From Octopus vulgaris (lineage: Eukaryota), in the NCBI GenBank assembly GCA_951406725.2, contig OX597834.1, positions 27,590,001 through 27,654,000 on the forward strand: a stretch of DNA of 64,000 nucleotides, written 5' to 3'. Of this stretch, positions 40,454 to 54,219 are shown in pieces (the first letter of the stretch is position 1; each line of letters begins with the position of its first letter). A program made the translations under genes and the position numbers. A model generated the notes under the pieces. It did no database searches and was not told where the DNA came from. It saw only the letters and a program-made list of their open reading frames with translations.

Positions 40454-41020
40454 CATACATATATATACATCCATACATCTACATCTCTCCATACATACAT
40501 ATTTTCAAACCTACAAACACACATACATACGTCTGAACAACATAGGAAGAAATAGAACAAAACAAAAAAAAAAGCATTACCCACCATCTTACAACGGCTA
40601 TGAACATACACGTGATGGCGGTGATGACGGGGTCCCTATTCACGCCATATTGCCTGTTCCTCTTGTTTTGGTGCAAGTTAAATAAAGGTGGAGACAACAA
40701 GAGTTTACAGCAGTGCAGATTTAACAGAGAAGAACCTTCATGAGAAGGTTTCCATTTGGAAGTCTTGCCATCTGGTTCCTAACACACGATATATACTGTT
40801 TAGCTGGCAGGGCTGGTATCAAAGATATGTTGCCTCCGTCTTGCAATACGTGGCGCCATGTTGTTTATTTGCTTGTCAAACTTGTACAACGTTTTATTCC
40901 ACAAAGACGCATAAACAATTCAATTTCTTCAAACTAGAATCATTGCTGCTGTTGCTGCTACTGCGGCTGGTGATGCTTCTGCTGCTGCTGCTGCTACTAC
41001 TACTACTGCTGCTGCTGCTG

Positions 41021-41087
<67 letters not shown>

Positions 41088-41136
41088 CTTTATAACCAAC
41101 AACATATATATGTATACATATATATATACATGTGTG

Positions 41137-41182
<46 letters not shown>

Positions 41183-41209
41183 TAGATAGATAGATATATA
41201 GATATATAG

Positions 41210-41262
<53 letters not shown>

Positions 41263-41513
41263 TAGTAATGTCTTTTGTGTTATAACACTTTCAAATTTTG
41301 GCACAAGGCCAGCAAGTTCGGAGGAATAAAAACATTTTTAATTAAATTAAAGGACCGATCTATACATTTGATAGAGTACAAATCTCTTATTCTTTAACAA
41401 GAATGATATTAGCAGTGACTTCGAAGGCACTATTAATATACTAGTCTTGTTAAAAAATTATATATGTATATATATATATGTATGTATGTATATATATATA
41501 TGTGTGTGTGTAG

Positions 41514-41690
41514 GGAGAGTTTACGAAAAAACAAAAGACGAAGACAGGTGGTGTACAAAACAAACAGATGTATTAGTATAACGCTCAGGAATAGAAAAAG
41601 TCTTTTGCGTTTCGAGCCTACGCTCTTCTACAGAAAGGGACACAGAAAACAAGGAGAGAAAAAAAGGGTATGTAGTGGCTAACGATCGTT
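41514..41690 (-). mobile_element. Penelope-like family D copy (hammerhead-like 41602-41637)
   Basis: Minus CTTT-CTGTAGA-AGAGC-gtag-GCTC-GAAAC-GCA-AAAG. Confidence 0.62.
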
Positions 41691-41879
41691 TAATTGTTTC
41701 ATTAGGCCGCGGCCATGCTTGGGCACCGCCTTGAAGAAATTTTAAGTCGATATCACTCATTTTACCGAATCACTAAGTTAGTGATATGGAAACACACCAA
41801 CACCGGTGGTGGTGGTGGTGGTGGTGGTGGGAATAAACACACATACTCACACACTCGCACGTATACACACATACATATA

Positions 41880-42297
41880 CCGGTTGCGGTGAATATACTG
41901 GCGTCTAAATTATGAAAATAACACTGATATCTCATTTTAACAGATATATTTACCCAAATTACTTTTAAAAATTTTGAAATACTAAAGAATAAATTTATTC
42001 AATAAAGTCACCCTTAGCTTCAGCTACGACCTCCAGACGACTTCGGAATTTCCTGCAACTCTTCTAGATGATCTCTTTGTTTAAGTTGGTGAATGCTACC
42101 ATAATCCTTGCCTTCTGTTCATCTTTGGTGTTACAAGCAGTATTGTTGATCTCTCACCCAACTGCGCACCACACATAATAATCAAGGGGTTTGTGGACTG
42201 GGGAGTTAGGTGGCCAAATGTTAGGGGTGATGTGGTCGCAGAAATTGTCTGACAGCCAATGACTGGCGTGTGTGGCATGGTGCAGAGTCCTGTTGCT
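41880..42297 (-). pseudogene. Tc1/mariner (DD37D/maT-like) transposase C-terminal fossil with probable right TIR
   Basis: QQDSAPCH..WLSDNFCDHITPNIWPPNSP..PLDYYVW..CRKFRSRLEVV.EAKGDFIE*; ends next to TA at 41878-41879. Confidence 0.88.
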
Positions 42298-42392
42298 GGT
42301 CATGGTTGGAACGCATTTGATCATATGATGAGCACAATCTGGTCTGACTAGAGGAAAAAGCAACAATAAAGACAATAAAAACAACAACAACA

Positions 42393-42445
<53 letters not shown>

Positions 42446-42608
42446 TCCATGATCTACGTCTCCTTATTAGAGACCCGTAAATCTTGAAGAAAATTATTGT
42501 TCGAAGATTGAAAATATCTCTGGTTGATTTCTTTGATAAATTTTTGAAGAAAATTCTTTGAATATTGAAGGTTTATACCAACAACAAATGAGAGAGGGAG
42601 AGAGATAG

Positions 42609-42659
<51 letters not shown>

Positions 42660-42877
42660 TCGTAACAACAGCACCGCAGGATCAAATCTCGACCTGGGTT
42701 TATTTATTCCGAATTCCTGCCCGACATTCCATAGTGGAATCCTGACCAATATGCAAAGAGGAAGAATAACAAAGGAATCCTGGTCACCATATGTTCCACA
42801 GGCGAATAGAATGTGACACCCAAATAAATATACCAAGTCTCAGAGATTACGGAAAAAAAGTATATGTGTATATACAT

Positions 42878-42987
<110 letters not shown>

Positions 42988-43440
42988 ATGTATGTATATA
43001 TGGATGTATTATGTAAATATACGTATGACTATATCTCTTTGTGCACGTGGATGTACGTATGTGTGTATACATATATATATATATGTGTGTATACGCAGAC
43101 ATATATACAGTCATATATATATACACACACATATATGTACACATATCTATATGTGTTATGAATGTGTGTGTGTATGAATGTATGTGCATATGTATATCTG
43201 TGTGTATGAATGCATATGTGTGAATATATGTACACACACGCACATAGAGTGAGCGAGAGAGTGAGAGAGAGAGAGACGAACAAAGGCAGAGACAGAATAA
43301 GAGAGAGACAGAGAGAAAGAATAAGTGAGAGTGAGAGAAACGGACAGACAGAGACAGAGTAAGAGAGAGAGAGAGAGGGGGAGAAAGGGAGAAAAAGAAA
43401 CAAGCTGGAATATAGATAGATTGATATACTATTAGATAGT

Positions 43441-43501
<61 letters not shown>

Positions 43502-43796
43502 GGATGGATGGATGGATGGATGGATGGACAGATGGACAGACAGATAGACAAACAGACAGACATATAGATAGATATATATATATAGAGAGAGAGATAGATA
43601 GATATATAGATAGATAGACGGATACATAGGCAAATAGATAGAGAGTGAGAGACAGTGAGAGAGTGAGAGAGTGTGAGAGTGAATGAGAGAGAGAGAATGA
43701 AATAAATGGATGTAGAGATGGACGGACGGACGGACGGACAGATAAATATACATACAGACAGTCCGACAGACAGAGAGACTGACAGACGGATAGATA

Positions 43797-43998
43797 GTAC
43801 CGAAACATGCACCGAGAGTGATAAAAATCAAACATTCACTCAATATCATGGTGTTTGAAGTGATCGCTAGTGATGGCGACGTTATGCCTCCAGTCATCTT
43901 CTCACACGGCCTCAGACTCAACACGGAGGCCTGCATCAAGTGCCTGGAGGAGCCAATGCTGCTCCGGGTCAACAAGGTGGCTGCTGGAAGACCTAATG
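43797..43998 (+). pseudogene. Tc1/mariner transposase middle fragment
   Basis: [49 protein letters not shown], the segment that normally precedes the QQD motif. Confidence 0.85.
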
Positions 43999-44169
43999 GT
44001 CCTAGGTCTCAAGACAATATACTTCAGGTGTCTTACATGTTTACATATAGACACATATTGATTTCTAAGACCTCATGCGAGGTTACACTTCTCTGTGTAT
44101 ACCCATAGGTATATGATGAGATTGACATATGACACTGATTCCTAGAAGCAACAACGTTCAAGTATTAGA

Positions 44170-44223
<54 letters not shown>

Positions 44224-44352
44224 GATAAAATTTATGAATTTATGAGGTGACCAAACGATACAGGTGTAATGACTGCTTATATTGCACGTGTGGAAATACT
44301 CAGAAATTTTGATAATGTACTTTATACTTTGTCTATTGTTTAAAAGATGCAT

Positions 44353-44425
<73 letters not shown>

Positions 44426-44428
<3 letters not shown>

Positions 44429-44612
44429 ATAATATGTTACATTACTCAATAGTCAAGATAAAACTCTGAGTTTCAAATAGCGTTTCCAAATAGCCAGATA
44501 ACCGAAGAGATGTCGTGGATTCTCACTTGGCATCTGAAACTCAGAGTTTTATCTTGACTATTGAGTAATAACATATTATTGTATAGATAAATTTCCTCTA
44601 TTTACATAATAT

Positions 44613-44615
<3 letters not shown>
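44426..44615 (+). mobile_element. Penelope-like insert in (TA)n: inverted arms plus hammerhead fold (44496-44554)
   Basis: Arms ~44426-44476 and ~44535-44582; AGATAA-CCGAAGA-GATG..CATC-T-GAAA-CTCAGAG-TT-TTATCT. Confidence 0.65.
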
Positions 44616-44669
<54 letters not shown>

Positions 44670-44672
<3 letters not shown>

Positions 44673-44865
44673 AGAGTTTACGAAAAAAATAAAAGACGAA
44701 GACAGGTGGTGTACAAAACAAACAGATGTATTAGTATAACGCTCAGGAATAGAAAAAGTCTTTTATGTTTCGAGCATACGCTCTTCTACAGAAAGGGACA
44801 CAGAAAACAAGGAGAGAAACAAGGAGAGAAAAAAAATGTGTGTAGTGGCTAACTATCTATCATGG
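44670..44865 (-). mobile_element. Penelope-like family D copy (hammerhead-like 44760-44795)
   Basis: Near-identical to 41514-41690; abuts (TA)n. Confidence 0.62.
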
Positions 44866-45229
44866 CGTCTATGTATATATAGAAATACACTCATACACAC
44901 GCACACACAGACAAAGAGCGAGTGAGAAAGAGAGAGTAAATTATATGCGTGCGTGTGTGGCCGTGAGTGTATGAGTATATGAATGTGAGTGTATGTGCGT
45001 GTGTGTGTATGTATGTATGTATGTATGTATGTATGTACGTACGCACGTATGTATATGCAGCTAGAGAGAGCAAATACGAAGGCAGTTATGAAGCAAAAGT
45101 ACAGAAATAAAGACAGAAGAAACGAGTCAGACCGCTTCAAAAGGCACATATGTCTATATGTGTATTCAAACACATAGACGTGTATGTCTATATGTGTATT
45201 CAAAACATGTATGTACTCGTGTATGTATG

Positions 45230-45368
<139 letters not shown>

Positions 45369-45455
45369 GTATATATATGTATATATAAACATATTTCAAT
45401 ATTTATATATACATATATATGTATGTACTAGTGTATGTACTTGCACATTTATATT

Positions 45456-45492
<37 letters not shown>

Positions 45493-45571
45493 CATATATA
45501 TATAAATATAAACATATTTCAATATTTATATATACATATATATGTATGTACTCGTGTATGTATGCTTGCAC

Positions 45572-45651
<80 letters not shown>

Positions 45652-45688
45652 GTATATATATATGTATATATATATATGTATATATATG

Positions 45689-45725
<37 letters not shown>

Positions 45726-46154
45726 ACGCACAAAAGTATATTCTTGTGTATATATATATGTTTATTTGCAGAGGCCGGGACGAGCTGTTAGAACAGCTGG
45801 CTTCAGATATTGGCTTATTTACGTCTATGGAATTGTCCCACAGCAGGAAAGCCGAACAACGCTAAGATGTCTGATAATGGTATCATTTCCCACTCGGTGT
45901 ATCCTCCCCATTAACAACTGTCAATGGATCTTTCTAGATCTTCTCTTGATATCCTTTCCACTTCTTCACAAATTCTCTCACATCCCCTCCGCCCTCCAAG
46001 CATTTTCTCCTTCTCCATTTCGTACATTCATTCGTTCTCTCGTTCACTGTGTTTTCATTTCTTCGGTTAGTCATTCATTCATAACGAAAGATGAACAATA
46101 AGGGAAGGAAGCATGAGTTTGATGTGTTGTATACTCATGTTCACACAAACTCAT

Positions 46155-46226
<72 letters not shown>

Positions 46227-46284
46227 GTATGTCTATCTATCTGTCTGTCTGTCTGACTGTCTGTCTATCTATCTATCTACCTAT

Positions 46285-46448
46285 CTTTTTTTACTTTTCC
46301 TTTTTTTCTTTTTTTTTGTTCTTTTTTCCCTTTTACGATCCCCTTTGATCGAAAACCTACGCCACCTTTTTTTTTCTCGCCCAAAAGAAAAGCTCTACCT
46401 TGTAACTTGTCCCATCTGTGTGCAGCCCTGTGTGGCCAATAAAGAAAC

Positions 46449-46450
<2 letters not shown>
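46285..46450 (+). mobile_element. Tx1-like LINE 3' terminus in (TCTA)n
   Basis: Ends GCCCTGTGTGGCCAATAAAGAAACTT then (ATCT)n, like 36353-36378. Confidence 0.65.
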
Positions 46451-46533
<83 letters not shown>

Positions 46534-46534
46534 G

Positions 46535-46575
<41 letters not shown>

Positions 46576-46617
46576 TATATCTATCTATCTATCTATCTAT
46601 ATATATATATATATATA

Positions 46618-46680
<63 letters not shown>

Positions 46681-46687
46681 CTGTCAG

Positions 46688-46740
<53 letters not shown>

Positions 46741-46868
46741 TTATGCATCCATTGTAAAATATTAATAGATATAACAAATATTCACGTGTATGTATAAGTA
46801 TGAGCGTCAATCTATATAAAAATGTGTATGTATGTTTATATATATATATGTATATATACATACATACA

Positions 46869-46916
<48 letters not shown>

Positions 46917-46992
46917 TGAGTGAATGTGTGGTGTTTATGTATATACATACAAAGACTAATATATAAATATTAGTACATGCATAAGGCATGTA

Positions 46993-47023
<31 letters not shown>

Positions 47024-47223
47024 GTGCATGTACGTATGTATATGTATGTGTGTATATTTAAAAACAAACAAATGCTTCTCAGTACTGGAGGACCTCCTGC
47101 ATATAAAATCACAGACTGGTTTGACCCAATCTTACTGACCCGAACAGATATCCGCTTCAAAACTCGATGGAGAGAAATGAACGGTGATGTTTTACAAACA
47201 CACACACACACACACACACACAT

Positions 47224-47280
<57 letters not shown>

Positions 47281-47544
47281 TACACACATAGACATGCGTG
47301 TTCGCATGTGTGTATGATAGTGTGTTTATATAAGAATGTGCGCTATCCATGATCGTAGGAAATTTTAAACAAGATGGCGGTGGCAGTGGTAATTTTGGTT
47401 AGGGTCGGGGTTTGTTGAAAGCCATATATTTGTGCGGATATCAACAGGAAGCTACAGAAAATAATGCCTACTGGAACTAATGTGCATTTACGCATATATG
47501 CTGATGCATACATACATGCATGCATACATACATACATACAAACA

Positions 47545-47596
<52 letters not shown>

Positions 47597-47764
47597 AACA
47601 CACATGTATACATCTTCATGCAGATACGTACAGAAATACAGACACACGTATGCATATACGAGTGAGAGGAAGCTTTCATTCACGCGTGCTTATATACTTA
47701 TAGTATTATAACTTGTATGTTCCTGTTTATACATACACACACACGCACACATACACACATATAT

Positions 47765-47822
<58 letters not shown>

Positions 47823-47884
47823 CATATATATATGCACACACATATAAGTATGTACATATGTATATGCATATATACATATATATT

Positions 47885-47964
<80 letters not shown>

Positions 47965-47976
47965 CATATATATATA

Positions 47977-48272
47977 TGGAGGCGCAATGGCCCAGTGGTT
48001 AGGGCAGCGGACTCGCGGTCGTAGGATCGCGGTTTCGATTCCCAGACCGGGCGTTGTGAGTGTTTATTGAGCGAAAACACCTAAAAGCTCCACGAGGCTC
48101 CCTCAGGCAGGGGGTGGTGATCCCCGCTGTACTCTTTCACCACTCTTTCTTTCACTCTTTCTTCTGTCGGCCAGCTCGCTTAGCCAGAGGGGTGGCGTCA
48201 TTCAAAGGCTAAAACAATGCGAACGCGATGTGTAACAACATCTGATGGTCTGGTCGGTCACGTGATCACGTG
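47977..48272 (+). mobile_element. SINE family A (tail type 2)
   Basis: tRNA head as in other A copies; tail as in 14131-14397. Confidence 0.87.
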
Positions 48273-48303
<31 letters not shown>

Positions 48304-48597
48304 TGCACACACATACATATATATACGCTAGGCTTACTGAATACGGTATTGACTCAAGATCGTAAGATTGTGGTTTGTAGAATTACTTTTTCTTCAATAT
48401 CCAAGTGAATGAGAATGATATTGAAATCTAGACTTCCAAATTGTAGCAGATGAGCCAATGTAATAATACTTAAGATACCGTGTTATGTACCTTATTCGGG
48501 TAGACTCTAGTTTTCCTAAAACACTGATTTTCTAATGGGCATACAATTTAGTTTTTACAATTGCACGGGCATTTATTTACTTGTATATGATACTCAT

Positions 48598-49009
48598 AGG
48601 CGCAGGAGTGGCTGTGTGGTAAGTAGCTTGCTAACCAACCACATGGTTGCGGGTTCAGTCCCACTGCGTGGCATCTTGGGCAAATGTCTTCTGCTATAGC
48701 CTCGGGCCGACCAATGCCTTGTGAGTGGATTTGGTAGACGGAAACTGAAAGAAGCCCATCGTATATATGTATATACATATGTGTGTGTGTGATTGTGTGT
48801 CTGTATTTGTCCCCCTAGCATTGCTTCACAACCGATGCTGGTGTGTTTACGTCCCCGTCACTTAGCGGTTCGGCAAAAGAGACCGATAGAATAAGTACTG
48901 GGCTTACAAAGAATAAGTCCCGTGGTCGATTTGCTCGACTAAAGGCGGTGCTCCAACAAGGCCGCAGTCAAATGACTGAAACAAGTAAACGAGTAAAAGA
49001 GTAAGAGTA
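48598..49009 (+). mobile_element. SINE family C, full length
   Basis: Homology to other C copies. Confidence 0.88.
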
Positions 49010-49490
49010 TAGTTAAAAGAATTTCTATTAGTCCTCCTCTCAGAATTAGACGTGAAGGTGGGATTAATATTATAATAGTTAATATTAAAGATAGGTGATA
49101 ACCTAACTGTATTATCAGAGTCGTTATTACTTAGATAAACGACACCTAGTTCAGGAAGATTATCATTGGAGTTAATTTTCTCAATATACATTATCTATTC
49201 TACTGTTGCTTATAGATTTAGAATTGAAGTATTCTTAAATTCTCTGTTTATTGTGTATTGTTATAATCTCAGCTAAATTTTTAATGGTTGGATGCGAAAA
49301 CCACACTACGATATTATGTAGATTATATAATCAATACATCTTGTCAGATCTTCAGAACAATGAACTTTTATATGTAATTTTACTGGACTGAAGAAGTTTT
49401 ATAGAATTCACCCTCGTAGACACAATGTGTGTGTATGTGTATGTGTATGCGCGCGCAAATGCATGTGTTAATGTGCATATATACATATAC

Positions 49491-49552
<62 letters not shown>

Positions 49553-49718
49553 GGAAAATAGTAAAAATGCAGAATGCTCAAATGAAAGAAAATTTTATGA
49601 AATGAGAAATTGATAAAATATATAAATATATATTTATTCTATATTTATATATTTTATCAATTTCTCATTTCATTAAAATTTTCTTTCATTTGAGCATTCT
49701 GCATTTTTACAATTTTCC
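49553..49718. repeat. Fold-back inverted repeat in (TA)n
   Basis: ~78-bp arms (49553-49630, 49640-49718), followed by a short unique tail. Confidence 0.9.
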
Positions 49719-49757
49719 TTATCATCCACGTGCGGTCAACAAAACCCCACCATTTAT

Positions 49758-49817
<60 letters not shown>

Positions 49818-49925
49818 TAAGGGTATCTCTTAGATACCCTTAATTATAATTTTAATAATAATCATTACTTTTGATGTTTTTATTCCCATGCTAGCCATGG
49901 GAACGATCTCATTCTTATTTATATA

Positions 49926-49969
<44 letters not shown>

Positions 49970-49984
49970 TTTATCTAACGGCAG

Positions 49985-50111
49985 CAGAAATATAACAAAA
50001 GCTGTTACTCAGAGTTTCACGTTCCCGTTCGTCGGACATATTTTGTTAAAAACCTGTCCGACGAACGGGAACGTGAAACTCTGAGTAACAGCTTTTGTTA
50101 CATTTCTACTG
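49985..50111. repeat. Fold-back inverted repeat carrying a hammerhead on each arm
   Basis: Arms 49985-50038 and 50055-50111, 16-nt spacer. Confidence 0.9.
50054..50091 (+). ncRNA. Minimal type-I hammerhead ribozyme (Penelope-type)
   Basis: CTGT-CCGACGA-ACG-ggaa-CGT-GAAA-CTC-t-GAG-TA-ACAG: stems I, II and III all pair; GUA cleavage triplet; U4>C core variant. Confidence 0.72.
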
Positions 50112-50818
50112 ATTTTTTAAATAAAGCATATTACTCTACCTCTGGTATTTGAGTACTCTTTTTTCCACCTTGTTTCACATTTGTGTGCTTACTCCGGTAT
50201 ATATATATATGACAAAATGTGCAAAGTACATTCCATCCGCCAAATTTCGCAAGACATTAACCAAATCAAAACTATAGTAGAAAATCACCTTTTACTCAAA
50301 GACGGTACATACGGTGGGTTTGAACCAACAATCATACAGACGCAATACAGAATTTCTTAACCGCACAATCAAGACTACGCCCCGACATCTATGGAGACTT
50401 CCGGTCTATATAAGACTGAATGCTCGGCTGAACATGTAGAATCCAATAACTGTGAATGGACAAAATTATAGAATAAAAAGACGAGAATATTCCGAAGGTT
50501 GACAGATGATGCAACGAAATTTCACAGTTTGGCACACGAGCTATTTTACCATTTTACCGTTTTCTAATTATAAACACTATCGGATTTCATAAGGGTGTAT
50601 GTGGGTGTGAATAAATTCGAAAATATTTCCTGTGTCTCCCATTTTGTTTGGGACGCCATAGCGAAAATATAGCCCCTTCAGTATCATCATCATCATCATC
50701 ATCAACATCATCATCATCATTCTTCTTCTTCTTCTTCTTCTTCTTCTTCTTCTTCTTCTTCTTCTTCTTCTTCTTCTTCTTCTTCTTCTTTTTCTTCCTC
50801 TTTTTTCTTCTTCTTCTT

Positions 50819-50915
<97 letters not shown>

Positions 50916-51013
50916 TATCATTATTATTATTATTATCAACATTATTATTATTATTATTATTATTATCATTATTATTATTATCATCATCATCATCATTATT
51001 ATTATTATTATTA

Positions 51014-51047
<34 letters not shown>

Positions 51048-51058
51048 CATCATCATCA

Positions 51059-51101
<43 letters not shown>

Positions 51102-51142
51102 CATCATCATCATCATCATTATTATTATTATTATTATTTTTA

Positions 51143-51212
<70 letters not shown>

Positions 51213-51228
51213 CATTATTATTATTATT

Positions 51229-51442
51229 CAGCAGTCGTATTTCCATCACGTGGTATCACTGCACTACCAAGCGCAGCTATATGTGCCTTGGGTTTGTGCT
51301 TTGGTTTGTGGTGATGCTCTTGTTTTTACTGTATTGAAAGTGTTTTACGTAGGATGTGTGCGGTGCCTAGTAGTGCTATTTTCTTTATGTTTTATATAAT
51401 TTTTGGTTTTTGTTATGTGTTAGTCTGAATATTTTTATCATA

Positions 51443-51445
<3 letters not shown>
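51229..51445 (-). mobile_element. 3' end of a second R4/Dong-like family in (TAA)n
   Basis: Minus strand encodes NIKKIALLGTAHILRKTLSIQ*, then a different 3'UTR and (TAA)n. Confidence 0.8.
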
Positions 51446-51497
<52 letters not shown>

Positions 51498-51500
51498 TAC

Positions 51501-51534
<34 letters not shown>

Positions 51535-51535
<1 letters not shown>

Positions 51536-52976
51536 TATGTTTGACTTTTGCTTTATATTTGTACAAGTTGGCTCCAAGTCTCACCCAGAGACCTCAAGAG
51601 ACAACAGGGTTGGAAGTTCATGTTGTTGTTATGCCTAGTGTGCCATATATTTGGGGGGTGGGGATGTTGTACTAATGAATGTCTAAAAAGAAAAAAAAAA
51701 GTTTTTTTTTTTTTTTTTTTTTTTTTTAAACCGAAAATTATGTTTGTTTTAAACCTTGAGATTACATAGAGAGTATTTTGCGTAGGATATGAGCAGTTCC
51801 CATGAGCACTATCTTTTGAACTTCTGCCATTTTTGGGTTTCCTGGTATCTGAGTTAGGTAGCTATCAGCCCCTTTTGCTATCATTCCCAGGGCACCTATG
51901 ACAACAGGTATTGTTTTAGTCTTCAGCTTCCACATTTTGCTGATTTCTATTTCAAGATCTTTATATTTGCTCAGTTTTTGGTAGGTCTTGACAGATACGT
52001 TTATATCGATTGGGACAGTCATATCAATGAGGAGGCATGTTCTTTGTTTGAAGTTTTTCAATATGATGTCTGGCCTATTTGCATCTATCTTCCTGTCAGT
52101 TTGAATGGTGAAGTTCCAGAGGAGTGAGATGTGGTCATTTTCAAGCACTGGGGGTGGTTTGTGTTCCCACCAGTTTTTTTCATGGGGCAAATCCAGGTTT
52201 TTACAGATTACCCAGTGAATATATTGTGCAGCTCTATCGTGCCTGTTGAGATACTCTGTAGGCGCTAGAAGACTGCACTTGGAGACCACATGGTCAATGG
52301 TTTCATTTTGTTGCTTGCATACACGACACGTTGGACTGCTTCTGATCTTTAATATGTTGGCCTGGTAGTTTCTTGTTGGTAGGCATTGATCTTGAGCTGC
52401 TATGATAAACCCCTCTGTTTCAGATTTTAAGCCAGAGGCCATTAGCCATTGATGGGTCAGGGCTTTGTCGATATCTGCATTATTCGCTCTCTTTGGGTAT
52501 TTGCCATAGAGAGGTTTTTCTTGCCATTTATTATTCAGAATATCTAAGGCCGCAGTTTTGGCACGGGTTTTCATGCGCCTAGCTTTTTCTGTGCTTGTTT
52601 CTTGTATATCTATCTCCGAAATTGGTTGTATTCGGAATTCACTTAGATATTCCTTTGCCTGTTTTGTGACTGAGTATGATGCTTTCTTGTTTTCATGTTT
52701 TGAGACAAGTTTTAGCATCCAGTCCTCAGAGTTTTTCAGGTAGGTGTCTAGGCCAATTGTAGCAATCTTCATTGTTATTGCCAGTTGCAAAAGACCACGG
52801 CCTCCCTCTTTTCTTGGCAGATAGAGTCGTTCTGTATCTGCCTTAGGGTGGTGCATTCTATGCATTGTCAACAGTTTCCTTATTTTTCTGTCGAGCTGAC
52901 ATATTTCAGTAATTGACCAGTTAACAATATTGAAACTGTAAGTCACGACTGGTATAGCTAATGCATTGATTGCTTC
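51535..52976 (-). mobile_element. 5'-truncated R4/Dong-like non-LTR retrotransposon in (TAA)n
   Basis: Open ORF plus ~225-bp 3'UTR; long (TAA)n on both sides. Confidence 0.9.
51762..52946 (-). CDS. RLE non-LTR retrotransposon ORF, C-terminal part (thumb/linker, CCHC knuckle, restriction-like endonuclease)
   Basis: RLYLPRKEGGRGL, AAQDQ, CRVC..ETIDHVVSKC, RHD, RPDII..IDMTVP..K..KY motifs; RT core absent. Confidence 0.92.
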   Translation of the reverse strand: MTYSFNIVNWSITEICQLDRKIRKLLTMHRMHHPKADTERLYLPRKEGGRGLLQLAITMKIATIGLDTYLKNSEDWMLKLVSKHENKKASYSVTKQAKEYLSEFRIQPISEIDIQETSTEKARRMKTRAKTAALDILNNKWQEKPLYGKYPKRANNADIDKALTHQWLMASGLKSETEGFIIAAQDQCLPTRNYQANILKIRSSPTCRVCKQQNETIDHVVSKCSLLAPTEYLNRHDRAAQYIHWVICKNLDLPHEKNWWEHKPPPVLENDHISLLWNFTIQTDRKIDANRPDIILKNFKQRTCLLIDMTVPIDINVSVKTYQKLSKYKDLEIEISKMWKLKTKTIPVVIGALGMIAKGADSYLTQIPGNPKMAEVQKIVLMGTAHILRKILSM

Positions 52977-52977
52977 A

Positions 52978-53044
<67 letters not shown>

Positions 53045-53088
53045 CATTATTACTATTATCATCATCATCATCATCAATATTATTATTA

Positions 53089-53143
<55 letters not shown>

Positions 53144-53154
53144 CATCATCATCA

Positions 53155-53206
<52 letters not shown>

Positions 53207-53562
53207 CATCATCATTATTATTATTATCATTATTATTATTATTATCATTATTATTATCATTACTATTATCATTATTATTATTATTATTACTATTATTATT
53301 GTTGTTGTTGTTGTTATTGTTGTCATTATTATTATTATTATCATTACTATTATCATTATTATTATTATTATTACTATTATTATTGCTATTGTTGTTGCTA
53401 TTATTATTTTCATCATCATCATTATCATCATTACTATAATCATCATCATTATTATTATCATCAATATTATTATTGTTGTTGTTGTTGTTGTTATTATCAT
53501 TATCACTATTATTAGTAGTAATACGATCATTATCATCATCACCATCATCATCATCATAATTA
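52977..53562. repeat. (TTA)n/(TCA)n/(TTG)n microsatellite
   Basis: Direct reading. Confidence 0.95.
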
Positions 53563-53692
53563 TTCCTTTTGTTCTTGTAATGAAAATAGTATACAAAAAA
53601 ATCTACGTAATATATTCCTAAGAATTTAGAGTGTCATAATCAATTCAGCGTTGTTTTCAGACACACACACACACGCACATACACACACTCAT

Positions 53693-53739
<47 letters not shown>

Positions 53740-53981
53740 AACACGCACCTATTCTGAGTGAAGCCCCGTGTTTCTAATGTTTTATTTTTTTATACATAAG
53801 TCTCTTTTAGAAGTTTCTGTGAGACATAATATTACAGCGCGTACCATTCTGTTCCATGTGTGTATGAGCATTGAAAATGATGTCTTAATCTAAGGTTGTC
53901 AGGAGTATGTATATTTATATACTTATGTATGTGTATAGACACACTTACCTGTCTCTCTATCTATCTATCTATCTATCTGTC

Positions 53982-54022
<41 letters not shown>

Positions 54023-54135
54023 ATATGTAGGTATGTATGTATATATACATACATATATATATATATTTAATATAAATAATATATAAATATATGCTTATAT
54101 ACACACATATATGTACATACCTACATATGCATATG

Positions 54136-54219
<84 letters not shown>

